NCBI GenBank assembly: GCA_964187785.1
Contig: OZ076409.1
Location: 47,618,001-47,682,000, forward strand
DNA length: 64,000 nt
DNA from: Amphiscolops sp. MND2022
Taxonomy: Eukaryota
Direction of reading: 5' to 3'
Both the position numbers and the translations under genes were made by a program. The notes beneath the pieces were generated by a model, which saw only the letters and a list, made by a program, of their open reading frames with translations, did not search any database and was not told where the DNA came from. This document shows positions 24,600 through 38,711 of the stretch, one piece after another. Position 1 is the stretch's first letter; every line of letters begins with the position of its first letter.

Positions 24600-27395
24600 C
24601 AATGATTTGAATTTGAGCAACTGGACAACATCTCTCACGCTGTTTTGTTGGTTTGTCGCTGCACTTGGCTTGAAGAACTGTCGCAACCAGGTGAGGTAAA
24701 TCAGTTTACTTTTCATTTATCAATTCAAGGTTTTGTTTCAAATACTGATTGCTTCACTGTAGTGGTTGGTTTTAGGGAAGATTGGCACATTTCCAAATGT
24801 GGTATTCCTGCAATTGGTTGAGTTTTGAGAATGAGTTTTGATGAAAATCAACGGAACCTGCAACGCTCTGAAGTGTCTGAAGCCCTGAAGATTGATAGAC
24901 TGAGTAAATTTCAGGCTTTGCAGCGAAGGGGATCATATCAAATGCGCCAATTTATCAAGAATGGAGGCCCGGAGCCTCACCGATATTAAATGTTGTAGGT
25001 GCTTTTTAGTGAACAATCTCCCTCGGTATTTTGATGATAATTTTGAGACCAGACACTCTTTTTAATTCAGGGGTGGTTCACTTGAAAACTAGATACCCGA
25101 AACTAATGATGATTGTGAAACCCCGTCAAGTATGGCCTTGTGGTGCTGGTTGCTCTCCTATCCAGGCTGTTTTTGGAAAAACCATCTCGAGGAGTTACAC
25201 GTTACGGGGGTCATCACTCAGAGCAGTTATCAACAAGCGTATTCATGATTAAGTCATTGAGAAACAACTGAAACGCGACAGAAAACTGCAACAGAGGAGC
25301 AAGATACATCAATGACTGCGTTCCATTTGCAGTATAGTAGACGAAGGTAATGTTAAGGCCAGAATCAGAATTTCTGGTTGTAAGCGACGACAAGATTGCA
25401 GATTTCAATGTCAACAACTACGCGGCCCTCAAGCGGAAACATCAGCAGAAGGAAACTTGCTCTGTTCCGGACTAACAGATATCGATTGGATCTCAACCTC
25501 GGAGTTTTTCATCCACAAGGCTCCCATGACTTTCCCCAACGGCCCTAGTGCAGGTTTAAATGGCAGTTTACGCCGCAAATTTTGAAAGATTTGACCACCA
25601 AGTTGAGCGGGCAGTTTGAACTGAAGTTCCTCAGAGCCTTAACAAACCTTGTGAATGTGATTCTCCGAGGCAGAGTACCTTCCGAACTTCAACCGTACCT
25701 TTTTGGTGCGAAACTAATTGCGCTAAAAAAGCCTGATAGAGAACTTCGTCCTACTGCTGTAGGCAAAACTTTCCGCCGGTTGTCTGCAAAATGTACCACA
25801 TATCATGTCTCCGAATCACAGCAAGCAGAATACAGGGGTCGACAAGTAGATGTAGGCACCAGAAAGAGCGCTGAATTGGCCTCACATGTTTTCCGTGGTC
25901 TGATAGAAAGCCCCCACCCAAACAAAATGTTACTTTGAAAACTGACTTTGAAAACACTTTCAATTCGATAAACCGACAATTCACGACAAAATTCTTCTGA
26001 TACACCCTGAAGATTATAAGTTCTCACACTGGCGTAAAGTTAACCAAGTTTCGTTTTTATTACGGTGATTCAGTGATATAAAATTCTCAAAGGACCCAGC
26101 AAGGAGATACTGACCTCCAGCTTCATTTTCGGTTTCCATTCAATATCTGACTGACAGAGTTTGGACTCGAAAATAAACTTATGGTTCAACGACGATGGAT
26201 TATTGAGTGATGATTACAGAACAGTTCTGAGAGATCTCAAAAAATTGTTGAAGCGGAAAAAACGCTGGGACTCAAAATTAAACCAACGAAATGCGATAGT
26301 GTTTTGCTTGATGACATCAATGAAGAACGACAATCGAAACTTTTAGCATCTTTACAAAAAATCTGCCTCGGGATCAAAACACCAACGAAAGATGAACTTG
26401 TCATTCGTGGTTCACCGCTCGGCCCAAAATTGCAGGTGAATTTATTAGGAAAGAAAATCAAAGACCTGAGAAAAGTTATTTGAATTGATGGAAAACTGGA
26501 TGCGCATTATGAGTTTTTCCAAGTTCAAAAATTGCTTCAGTTTACCAACTTGTACTTCTTGAGAACCGGTACAAGTTTTGATCATCCAGTTCTTTGGAAA
26601 AAGTATGACAAAACGGTACATGACGGGCTTTTCAAAGTGTGTTTTGTGAACTTCGACAATATATCGAGTTCTCAGCTGGCTCTGATTGCTGAAATGGGTG
26701 GTCTTCGGGTTTGATCCCCATCATAATCAGCACTTTCTGCCTTTTTGGCATTAGCTTGTGGTGCGAGAGACTTTCTCACGACAATTTTCCCGGATATTTC
26801 GTTCACAAAGCGCTTGAGAAATTGCTGAGTTTGACGAATGTTCAGGAAAGTCGTCACGATTGAACTCAGAAAAATTGAACCCAAACTGTCTACATCAGAA
26901 CCGCCCAAGATTTGATTTCTAGATTGCATGTCAAACATCCGAAAGTGTTTCAATGCTCTTTGAGGTGAATTCGGGACTAAGTGGCTGAAGATTGTTCCTT
27001 GCAACAACCTAGGCCTGATTCTTGAAGATCAGCAGCTTCGGATTTCGATTGGTTTCCACTAAATGAGTCAATATCTATGTTGCTTATACGTGCGACTGTG
27101 GTAAAGGAGTTGAACGACACGGTTTACGCGGTCATTCCTGCACGAAGTGTGCTGGTCTCATTCTCTCATAAAGCAGACGTTGGGCAAACGCCAAGTCGGT
27201 ATTACCATGATTCCTTGGGAAATGGGTAAACAGCTGGTGCGTGATGTGACGGTTGTAGATGCTCCTGCACCAAGTCGCCTGGATCAATGCTGCTTATGCA
27301 ACCTGTAAACCACTGCCACAGAGGCTGAAGCGCGTAAAATTGAGAAGTATCGCGAATTATAGACAATGGATACTTTTCAACCGGTAGCCTTGGAA
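24600..27395 (+). mobile_element. Degenerate CRE-clade non-LTR retrotransposon (RT + restriction-like endonuclease), 5' part
   Basis: LFGAKLIALKKPDRELRPTAVGKTFRRL, DFENTFNSI, QQGD, NLWFNDDG, Cys/His cluster near 27090-27150, IPWEMGKQLVRDVTVVD, FQPVALE. Start approximate. Confidence 0.85.
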
Positions 27396-28674
27396 GGGCG
27401 ACACATAACCGAGTCGAATTTTTTTAGTCGAAAACACTCAGGTCGAAAATGGTCGACAAGGAATTAGGTCGAAATTGAAGGAGGATAGTTTTTCCGTCAA
27501 CATAATTAGGTCGAAAAAGTTAGATTTTTGAGAAAAATAGGATGGGAGTTGTTATCGTTGTTGGGTTCAATAGTTACTCCAGTCACCATGTAGAGACCCT
27601 CATCTTAGGTCATGTTTTCAGTTTCGCAATTTCTAGAAGCCGAGGCCAAATTTTCTCATTGTAATTCATTTGTTCCAGTGTTCATGTTTTTCGAATTCCT
27701 TTCAGACAAGGAACCATTCTTGGTGAAGAGATTCTCTATCATTTTTAAGATTTCCCTTTGGTTAGTTTCGGTTTCCCTGAAATTTCTACCAACAGAACTT
27801 TCAAATTTTTCGGAAATTTCAGAGAAGTTTCTATCAGATGAACTTTCCTCGTTTTCTGTACTTGCGCATGTAGCCTCCGGTTCTTCGAACCGAGCTTGTC
27901 GGAGATTCATTTCTAGTTTTCCTTTTCAGTGCTCTTTCTGGCATTTTGATATCTAAAGATTTTACTCCGGTGTCGTCTAAGAAAAATTAACAAATTGGGA
28001 AAATACAATAATTTCAATAATTCAAGATTTTGATAATCGAAATCGAAAGTAGAATAACAAAGGTTTCACAAGACTATTATTGATCAACTAAAAATGTTTA
28101 GCTCCGTTCTCCATATTTATAGACTTCACCTTCCAAAGCCAAGGAATAAACCGCATAATTTTCAAGTCTTGTTCAGCCGTTGTCCATCCAAGGCGGTGAA
28201 ACAGGAAGTTCCGTTCCGCTTCGTCCAACTCAGACTCTCAGTTTGTTCATGCTTTCCGGAAAAAGCAAGCGCCCACTTCCTTTCTGAGTTGCGACTCCGC
28301 TTCCCTTCACCTCTAATTCCTGCCTCTTCAAGGCGCCGAAGCTGAACTCAGCGGGAAATTGTAAAAATGACTCAGCAGAAACGCCCAAAGGACGGAAAAT
28401 GGGAGCAAACAATGAAACTCATTTTAAGTAAAATGATTTTCCCATTTAATCTAGTCAATTTAAATACTGCATAAAATAAAAACTATGTAAAGTAAAACAG
28501 TAAACTAGCCCTCAATATCACTTATATATAACAATAAAAGCGGTCCTTAAGCCTGGCAAAAAATCCCGGCCACAGGCTATAGTCTGGGTCATTCAGTTAG
28601 GTTTACCTGAAAAATTGGTAAAACAACGACAACTGACATATTACATGAAAAGAAAATGTTGGAAATGTTTCCAC

Positions 28675-29304
28675 TAATTGCATAATTTTCAAACATTATT
28701 AGCGCAATCCGTCTTTCTAACGGATTTTACTATCCCTTTGGCCTAGGACACGTACTGGGCCATTATACATGTTACTCCTAATTTTAAAACCTTTACAGGA
28801 TAAAATCAACAAATACATGTATTGCATCATTCCAAACCATCATTTCAATCATTTTGCAAGTTTACATGTACATTGCACTAAAGCGTTTAGTATTGAATTA
28901 AAGTAAACAAATATTCTGAGCTGAGACCACACGCCAGGCCGCCGTCCCGCTTCGTTCGTTTGAGGCCGGCCGCCAGGCTGCGGTACTGTAATTCTATTTC
29001 TTTCTGAGGCCGCTCGCCAGACCGCGTGTTACTATTTACTTGTTACCGTATTGAATACTATTTTCTGGGAGGTGATTTCACGTTGGTTATTGTACAGTAC
29101 GTATGTATTTGTATTAGTATAGACGTATTATTATGAATCTCTATTTAATTATTCTAGCGCCAATGATTTAGGTTCTTAAGGAGATTTTATGTCAGCTGTT
29201 CTTGGGATTGTTTCTTCACTTGTTCCTTTTTTTGTTTCCCACTTTGTTCTCCATAGACTGGGTACTATTGCTGCAGAACTCACAGCGCAACAGGGACTGT
29301 GACT
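28675..29304 (-). repeat. LTR-like direct repeat, copy 1 (~630 bp)
   Basis: Colinear diverged copy of 38712-39327. Confidence 0.85.
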
Positions 29305-29821
29305 GTCCGCGATTTCTTTGACCAGTTGCCTCGGAGAGAAGAAAATAGGGAATTGATCGGATGGGTAAATCAAAAAGAGTTGGAAGATCATCAGACATCG
29401 AATCGTAGGCGCCAGGTGGAGTCATTTTCCCAGCTACTGCCTGACCAGTACACTTCTGAACTGCTACCTTCGCTAATTGGGCTCACAAAGACATCATCGG
29501 AAATCACAGGGTTGTCTGTAGTGAACCGTCTTATCACTCCTTGTTCGTTTTCATCGTTGATTGCGTTAATTGGCTCGCTTTCGTGAACCAGTACCACGTG
29601 TTGGTCTTACGTCTTGATGATTTCGTGAATAAGACTATCATTACGATACATATGCCGCAACGAACAAGTCAAAGTGAATATTGTGAAACGTCAACCTAAT
29701 TACCGACTGCAATTACAATATGAAGCGTTTTTGTTAAATAAGAAAGCAATACGATGTATAGTTTCTTTGGTGTAAAGTAGTCAAACTTTGATCACTTTCA
29801 CCTTTTACAATGAATGGTATT

Positions 29822-29988
29822 TCTAAGTACTCGAAAAGTGGAGTCTAGTCAAACATTGACTCATTTACGTGGTAGATAGCTCTAAGTGTTCGAAAAGTGG
29901 ATTCTAGTCAAACATTGACTAGTTTACCTGGTAGATAGCTCTAAGTACTCGAAAAGTGAATTCTAGTCAAACATTGAGTAATTTACCC
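29822..29988. repeat. 59-bp tandem repeat, ~2.8 copies
   Basis: TCTAAGT.. units start at 29822, 29881 and 29940. Confidence 0.92.
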
Positions 29989-32900
29989 TTTATACACGTT
30001 ACGGAATTGAGCCAATTGTAAGTTGAAATTCTTGACTGGTTTCCATGTTTCTCTAATTACGCTCAATGACCAAAATCCGCAATTTCTGATTACACTGTGC
30101 ATCAAAATTCACGATGAACACATTGCACTGTTTGACTAGAATACGGTTCGTTCTCGTTTCACGGAAAATACACTTTACACTTGATGATAAAATCCACTTT
30201 TGCGGCATATGTATCGTAATGATCGTGCGTAGGATTAATTGGATGATATATAGGCAGCGGAGTACTGTCCCTTTGGTTCGGTTGGTCTCTGTCAAGAATA
30301 AAAATATCTTCTTGATTTACTTCGTCTTGATTAGCGTGATTCATTGTGTCGCAAGCAGACTAGATTCAGTCGTTTTGTAGTGCAACTGATTTATTCCGCT
30401 GTGAAAAAAATGTTCACAAGGTTTGTGCTAATCTCTGAATTGTTCAGCTGGTAGACTGAACAACTCTCCTTATATAGTAAATAGCTTCTTGATATTACTA
30501 TTTTACGATTTTACGCAATATCTTCTTTTTTGTTTCATGTTGTTTGTTACTTTCAGATTGTTGTGGATAATTTGTTTTACCGAAGAGGACAATGCCTTGT
30601 TGCGTCGAAGTCGGGCAGTTGGATTAATGGAGAGTGAAGTGGAAGTGGAATCTGTCGTAGAGTCAGTTGATCATTGTGGAGGTGGAGTGTCTGGTACCGG
30701 TGATGAGAATGAAGGCGGGGAAGCAAATTCATGTCCGAAGAACTTGAAGAAGACGTGCGGCTTTGGTGAGAAGGATGTGACAGAACAAGATGTTAGCGAG
30801 ACTGATGTGGAGAGCTGCACAGAGACTGGATCGTTTCACTCGGTTACCAGTGACGATCGGCACGACATTGATTATCTGGCAAGCAAGAAAGGTAAACTTT
30901 TCCAGAAGTTAAATGGGTGGCCGGCACCTTCTTTTTTGCTTGAAGGCGTTCTCGAAATCGCGCACAGGTCGAGCGTTTTCGACAAGCAGTGTTCAATTAG
31001 CTAAGCGGGTTCGGCTAATTGATTTGTTGGCAGGGGGCACTTTCAGGCCTCCTACATTGGTGGAAAACTCTGGCGAGGATTATGAATCCAGGACGATTTC
31101 TGAATTGAAGACCCTTGAAGGTAGGTATTCTTACATCTTTATTGTTGTCTATAGTATACCTCTCTTTTTGAGGCGAAGCGAGATGTCTTATTGTTTGCGT
31201 CGTGTTTTTTTCGCCAAAAGGTGACATACCTTTGCTTTAGTAAAAGTTTCGGCTATTTTTCTCCAAGCCTGTTTCTCCAAGACAGTTCAAACTTTTAAAA
31301 ACAGAACTGCAACTGAATGCCTATTCTGGCCATGTAAGAAGGTTCCAAAAACTTACCGCCTGTGCGACTTTATTAGCTTCCAAATCACGATTTTTGCAAA
31401 AAGTTTTGGGGTTTTTTCCAATTTTGCGTAATTTTACCACTTGAACCATATCGGACCGTCTCAAAATAGGTACCAACTGACGTCAAAGAATGTCTTCTTT
31501 AAGATCGTGAAAGTCCCATTATCTTACAACTATTGGGCGTTGAGAAAATGGCAAAAAACGGAAACTTTTTGCGGTTTTTTTGCAAAAAAATTCTAAATGT
31601 AGATTTTGCTCAATTCTACTACTTAAACGCCATCGAACCAGCTCATAAATACTATTGACCGACGCAAGAGGATGTCTTTTCTAAGCTCATGAACGTTTCA
31701 CTATCCTACGATCACTGGTCGTTGAGAAAATAAAAACCGCGATTAAAAACCGGAAAATTTTTGGTTTTTTGCAAAAAAAGTGTATTTTGACGTACCCCAT
31801 GCAATTGGGGGTGTTTGGGTGCACTTCCGTAGAACCCATTACTCGTGGTCCCTCTCGGAAATTTTCCGTGTTTTTTTAGGTTGGCGCGAATTTTTAGGCT
31901 TCGGAAACGTGAATTTTTTGATAAATATAAAAGTTTTTGCCATATTTGCCGTTTTCCGGTTGATGAACCCCATCAAACCAACCAATTTTAGCAATTTGCC
32001 CCTCTTTATATTCATTCTTCATGGAGCATGGGTATTATTTAGAGCCCCACAGGTATACAACAACCCACTTTATTTATCTGGACGTCATATATTAGAAAAG
32101 CTCTATAGTTTCATTTCGTCTGGAAACAATATTCATCTGTTTTCATCTCCCAGTCTTTGTCTCGACTAATTCAGACGACTAATTCTCTATTCAGCGTCTA
32201 CTGCCGCAGAGATTACTGTAAATCACATCGTCTCGTACAAGTGACCTAGCCAACGCTCTTTGACATAATACAGTGAAAGATCATATGACTCCTGAACACG
32301 AGCTGGAACCTAATTTTCTTCGCTGAATAATTTGAAGCCTCAAAGAGATCGTCTGCTCGAAGCCGTCGCGCAATGGCAGTTGCGCCTATGTTTTTCTCTC
32401 TTTTTTTGGAAGTTGACTTTGAATGAGGTCAGATACACCATTTTATGATGTGCCTTTTAGTCACTGGTCTGGAGCCTGGGCCAGGAGTGGAGTCATCTAC
32501 TGGCAGTGATATTTTCGTGTGGGCCCATCCGTGTGTGCAATTTTGCATTTATTGTGGCATTCGTTATCATTTGGTCTGGAGTCCGTCCCTGCTGGTTCCA
32601 CTGTGATGATGTCCGCCACTCGATGTGTCATGCTGGCCCGGAGTGCTGCCCGATCCGTGCGGACAGAGACCCAGAAGGAGACCAAAACCTTGGCTAAGCG
32701 TGAGTATGCAATGAATTCATTTTCGTGTGGTTTTCTTCTTTTCCTTCCTTTCATGTGATTTGGCGGCTATGCCAAGTGTTTGTCGTGCTATTTAATTGTT
32801 CTTTCAGTTTCATTTGTATGCCTGTTTGTTGATCTTTTGAAGTAGAGACTTGTTATTGATGGGAAAGGTGTTCTGTTTAGAATTTGAAGAGTTGTCGCGC

Positions 32901-34199
32901 TTGTTGAAGAAGAAAGGGATCAATGCCAGTGATACCGGACGAGATTTAGATCCGTTGGAAGTGAAGAAAAAGCAATTTTTGGCCAAAGATGAAGAACGGA
33001 TCAAGAAACAGACCGAGCTCCTCATATTGACCAGAGAGCAATGAGAAATCATCCAATTCCCCGATTGTTCGTTAGACAGCGAAACCACAATAGCCCCAAT
33101 GGGTTCAACAGTTCAATCTGCCTCACAGATGTGTCCTTCTTGTCACGTGGTCCTCGTGGTACTTGGAGACACTTTAAGTGCAAAGGACACTATACGAAAT
33201 ACCGCCGGTGTGGCTACGATCACGAGGACGTGATCTACACAGAGAAGCTGGACGTTATCCCCGTATCAGAGATTTCTGCTGTGTAACGGGCTGAAATCGA
33301 GCGAACTACGCCTGTTACTCTGGGGAAAATGAAAAAGTTTCGCGATGATGAGGTCGATGCATTGGTTGGCCCCCGCCACTCTCGTCGGGTGCGTATTCGA
33401 ACTTCTGCGGAGTGATGGTTCACAAGCTTTCTTGAGGCGTCTTTGGAATAAATCCCGGATACAACTCCGCATTGGCACGTGTTGTTGTGAACCCGCCCCC
33501 TGGTGCCCTGCCTCCAGTTGATAGCTCTGTCAGTGGGACTCAGTTGTCTGCTGCTGTCATTCGTTCTGGACTTGGGTGTGTTCAATTGTTCGTCCTGCGG
33601 CCAAAGTTTGTCCCCACTGATTTACTCACCGTTGAGTGCAGTGAGGAGCTCGCCCTTTGGACACCAGTTCCTGTCTCGCAAGGAGTTCGATCACTTCATT
33701 GGTGTGAGTCGGCATGCTTGCTCCGATGATTATGCAAGTTTATTCCAATAATACACTGCTTATTATACTGGACAAGTGGTAGGCTGGTGGTCCCGCATGG
33801 CGTCAAAATTGGTGGGGCGACGAGAGAGTATTTTGGCAACTACTTCCAGGAATGCTGATTCTGATGTTGTTTCTCAGGCCGGGCCATCAGATGCTGGGTA
33901 TGCCGCAAAGTCAACGAAGAGAAGAAAGTCGACTCGACAGGGGAATTCTTGTTGATTGAGTTGTAACCTTGAAACTTTATTGTCTGACTTTTAGCTTTGT
34001 ATCTTCATTTAAATTTATGTTGTTGAATTTGCTGTTTTATTCCAAGAGTCAGTATTTCGAAAGAAAAACACTTGGTTGTGTTGAAAATATGTGCACTCTG
34101 TAAAAGGAGGTAGCCAATGCCAATAGAGTTCAGAGTCAAAATCAAAGAAAAGAAAAAAATTGGGGCAACTCTATGGTCCTCTGGGTCTTTTGAATTTAG

Positions 34200-37100
34200 T
34201 ATTTGGCCTCTGTATCGTTTTCATCCAAGTCGTAGAGTAAGTGAGTGAGAGATAGCTATTGTATGTTGAAGAGATTTGAAGTGAGATGTAGGATAGTTGT
34301 CCTAGTAAGTGTCTGGGGCGTTTTCAATTTTCTGATCTCCGGCCATCGTCTGGGCCAAGGTCCTCCAAAATTTGTATTGGTGGGCCTTCATCCAGGCCAC
34401 TGTTCGGATTTGGCCTATTTTTTGATTTGATCACTAGGGCGTTATAATCACTAGGGCAGAGTCCGGCTTCCAGTTTGAGGCTGGGTTTTGTCGGGGATTG
34501 TATTTTGATTTTCGGGGGGATTTAGGGAGTTGGCTAGTATTAGTATCCACGTTGATGCTTTCAGCTGATTTGTCGTGTTCCATCGTAATATCTTGGGTGA
34601 TGTCCTCAGTGATGTCTCAGCGTTCTTATCATAGTATTGCTTTTACCGTATGTACGAGTGTAGGAGGTGCTTGCTCACTGCCTCATGGACGCATCTTGAT
34701 GCCCAGGACACGGGTTGTGTCAGCCATTACTTCAGATATGAACTGGAACCCTTTGTCAGTCATGAGGTTTGTGGGGAGGTACGCGTGGCGCGTCATGTTG
34801 TCGACAAGTACTCGGGCAATGGTCTTTGCGTCAATTCTGGTGACTCAGTATGTAAATAAGTATCGTGAGAATACATCCATGGCTGTAACTATAGCCGTTT
34901 ATCCGTTTGATGGGTCGTCGAACAGGACGATGTCCATCTGTAAGGAATCTTCTGGTCCCATTGCGAGAGCGGAAGTATTATTCATTGGCGGGGTGAGTAA
35001 TCTGTCGTCTGTTCGTTTAGTTTGCTTGCATTCCATGCATTGGTTGATGTGTTTGGCAATTCTGGATGCTAAACCTTCAGAGTAGAATTTTTCGCGGCAT
35101 TGTTGTAATACTATGGTGTTCCGAGGGTCCTTGTTGTTCTTTCCGTGGTGGGCCTTAATGAAAGCCTTGACTAAGTGTCTCGGGAAGAGTACTTGTGAAT
35201 ATTTAACTTTCCCAGTCTCGTCGAAGAACTGCCGGTATAGCAGTCCATCCTTGAGGATGATACGGAATTCTTGGGCGATGTACTGGAGTGATCTCCGGTC
35301 TGTGGCCAACAGTTGTTCGTTATAGGGTTTTTTAGAAGGCAGTAGTTTTTGTAGTTTTTAGGGTTCTTGTAGTTTCGCAGGACATGGTCTTGGCCTTGTT
35401 GGTGTCTCATGTCACGGGGTAAAGTATGATTATGGTGTTTTTCTTCGACACAACTTCGTCTGATTACTGCTGTTTCAAATATGGTTGTATCGTTCTCTGT
35501 ATTGGTTTCGTTGGTTTTTGGGTCTCCTCCTGGCGTTGGGGTGGTGTCGTTTTCGAGGGTTTTTACCTTGTTCTCTGTTTTCTCTCCAAATTTGTTCTTC
35601 TGTCTCTGTTTCGTCGGCGGGGAGGAAGTAGAACTGTTCCATTTCAGCGACGTTGGATGACTGGATATGTACCTCAATGGGTGAGGTTTGGATGTCATCT
35701 CGTATTATGAGTTGGACCTTATCTTTGGGGTCAAGGTCGAGTCTGGATAGAAAATCTGCTGCGGTATTCATACTACCTGGGACTTGTGCAATTGTTAAGT
35801 TGAACTGCAGGACAAAGTCACATGCATTCCACAGGGCTGGAGGAATGATCTTAGTCTGACAAAAACGGGTCACAGAATTGTTGTCCGTCAGGAGGATGAC
35901 CGGTTTGGTCAATCCCCAGAGAAAGTGGTTGTACTCCATGAATGCGAAGTATATGGCCGGGAATTCTTTGGCGTAGCTGGACATTTTGATCTGTGACGGT
36001 GAGAAGGTTTTGGAACGGAAGGCTACTGGGGCATTTGTCTTTTGCTGACGTTATTCTCTCATTGGTGTATTCCCCAATCTTGAGGGCGTAGCCGGCATTT
36101 TTGAAAATTGCGTCAGTCATAAGTACGTATTGCTTTTTGGATAGGGGTTGTTTTAACTATAGGCCACATGCGTTGTCCAGAGCCTTGTTGTTGCATTCGA
36201 ACTTTGTTATGATCTCGGTGGTGATTTTGATCGGTTGGTCAGCATTGACCAGGTCATGGAAAGGTGCCTATTTCTCAGAGAGTCTGGGTATGTAAATGCG
36301 GTAGTAATAAACAATCCAATGTGCCTTTTTGGAAACGACAATTTTTGGAGGAAGTTTTTGTTTTTGTGTGGTTGGGGGCAATGCCTTCTGGTGAGTCGGT
36401 TCGTCCAAGGAATTCGACTTCCTTGTCACCGAACTGAAAATTGGCCATCGTCAGCCGCAGACCTGCTACTCTGACGCACTGAAAGACCTCGCGCAGGTTG
36501 ATCTTCAACTCCGTGGCGTTGTGAGCAGCTATCCCGATGTCGTCGACGTACTTAGCGCATTTGTCAGCTTTAATGACTCATTCGAGATACTCCTTCATAA
36601 GGCTCGGAGAATGAGGAGAGAGATCTGCTGAACCCTTGTGCAAGTCGCAGGTATGCGAATGTCCGACTGGACAAATTGGACGCCAGGAGTTTCACTGATT
36701 TCTGGTCTGCCATTCCCAAAACATGGCAAGCTTGAGAACAGTCGAGCTTACAAATCAGTTTCTTTCCTTCCAAGTGCCAACGCTATGGGTCAGGTCATCT
36801 TTCAGGTTAACGGGGCATGGCAAACTCTGTGTGTAGGCTGTTTTGGGGTGAGTTTGATTTTGAACTCTATGTCCGGGCGATGCCTGGCGAAGATTTTGTT
36901 GTATTCCACAAGTATATCTTCAGTATCAGCTTGGTCTTTTTCGTTTAGTTGGGAGTCTTCCCATTTGAAGTTTGCAAAAGTGGATGCCCTGTCCTTTGGG
37001 TTTTTGTAAAGATTGAGTTTCTGGATAGATTCGAGTTCTTGGATTTCGCGCAGGATTCTACTTTGAATTGGGGTGTGGGACGACGGATCGCATGGGTTAT

Positions 37101-38050
37101 CTGGTGTGGGAAACCAGAAATTATGGTTGGGTTGGTGTATCTCAGCTGACTTGAGAAGCTCAATGACGTATTCCAGGGCTTATTCAGAGTCGTCGTCAAC
37201 CAGCGCCTTGAGTGTTGCTGAGTTTAGCGGTTTAGCGGTTGTAGTTGCTTTGATTCTTGTGGGTAAAGCATGGTAAACTCTGCGACGGTTGCGTTCCTTT
37301 TTAATGTGAACCGGTTTGGTAAGGTATTGGTGACGCGTACTTCGAATTTAGAAATTGAAGCGGTTGATAGGGAGCCTGCGATCACTATATGGTTTTTTCC
37401 TGAGTATGGTTCGGTCGGGTGAGTAATTCCCGTGGTGTTTCTGAGGGTGCGTTGATTGATACCTGCCTCAACTGTGACGCACTGGTCTGGCATTATGGTT
37501 AATTGATTTCAGATAGTGACTTTGTGGTTTCGTTGTCATCTGCTGAGATGGCGTAGGTCAGGTGTGAGGAGTGAAGTAGGGCCTGACTGGCGTCTAGGAT
37601 GGCGCTATTGTTTTTGAGAAACGTGAGACAGAGGATGGGACCCGTTGATTTTGTTGCTAGAATGAAGGTTTATTGGAAGGTCCAGTTGCCAATGTCAAAC
37701 TGGAGCTGGACCGTTTTGGTGGGCGCTGCTAAGTCGCCGTATGCGACGTGTAATTTGAAGGTTGGTGGCTCAATCTGTTTGACGATATTGTCTGGGCTGA
37801 CTGATTTGATTTTCTCGAATTCGCTCTCTGGTAGGGAATTAACGACTGCCCCCGAATCTATGAGTGCGTCTATAGATAAAATGTTTAAGTCCATAGGGGC
37901 GAACAGGTTTTTCTTCTTTTTCAGGGTAATGGCTAAAAAAGTGGGAGGCATTGCTCACTGGTGTTTGGGCTTGTGATGGCTCATTGAGTTGTTCGTTTGT
38001 GTGAAGCCAATCGGCGTCTTTTTCATCGACTGGTAATTTCGGAGGTTCAG
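34200..38050 (-). pseudogene. Heavily degenerate Ty3/Gypsy pol (PR-RT-RH-IN)
   Basis: IDALIDSGAVVN (~37850), KLDCSQA, YVDD (~36540), TDA..NAGYAL, KEFPAIYFAF/LLTDN/ADFLSR, integrase HH-CC and QMDIV motifs. Confidence 0.9.
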
Positions 38051-38711
38051 CTTACTGGCTGTCATTTGTGCCACATTGGTGGGTGTTGGGTTAGCCCATA
38101 AGGTCCAATGCACACATGAGGGATCGTTTTATTCGACGAGCGCGCGGAGTTATCGGTGATGGACAGACCGAAAGTCAACTTGTCAAATAGATGTAGGGCG
38201 TGCATTTGGAGCATGAGGAAAATTGGTAAGAGTTGGTATTTCGGTAATAGGGTATGATAGGACTGTTTGTGGTCAATCCACTTGAAGCAAATTCTCTGGA
38301 GTTTCTCTTGAGAGCGGGTAAGATGTACGCTTGGTATAAAATGAATTTTTATTCTGGGTTAAGATATTTTGGCAAATTTCGACGTAGGATTGCAAGCTTC
38401 TGGTAACAATTTGCAACTTTTGAATATACATGACTGGTCCAAGTCAGGTTTGGCAAAACGACGACACCAAGATCATGAATACTCTTGTTTTTAAGATAAA
38501 TGTCGTTTTCCATGAATAGAACAGGGTGATCACATTTGACACTCGTTTTGCTGAAGTTCAGAAGGCTCGTTTTTTTGAAATTGAAGTCAAGTTTGTTGTT
38601 TTTACTCCATGTGAGTTACGACAGTAAATAGTTCTGGAGAGTAAACAGGAAAGAACTAGCGAGCTTTAAAACATCGGCAATTAAAAATGGGTACAGGTAC
38701 AAAAGTTGCAT

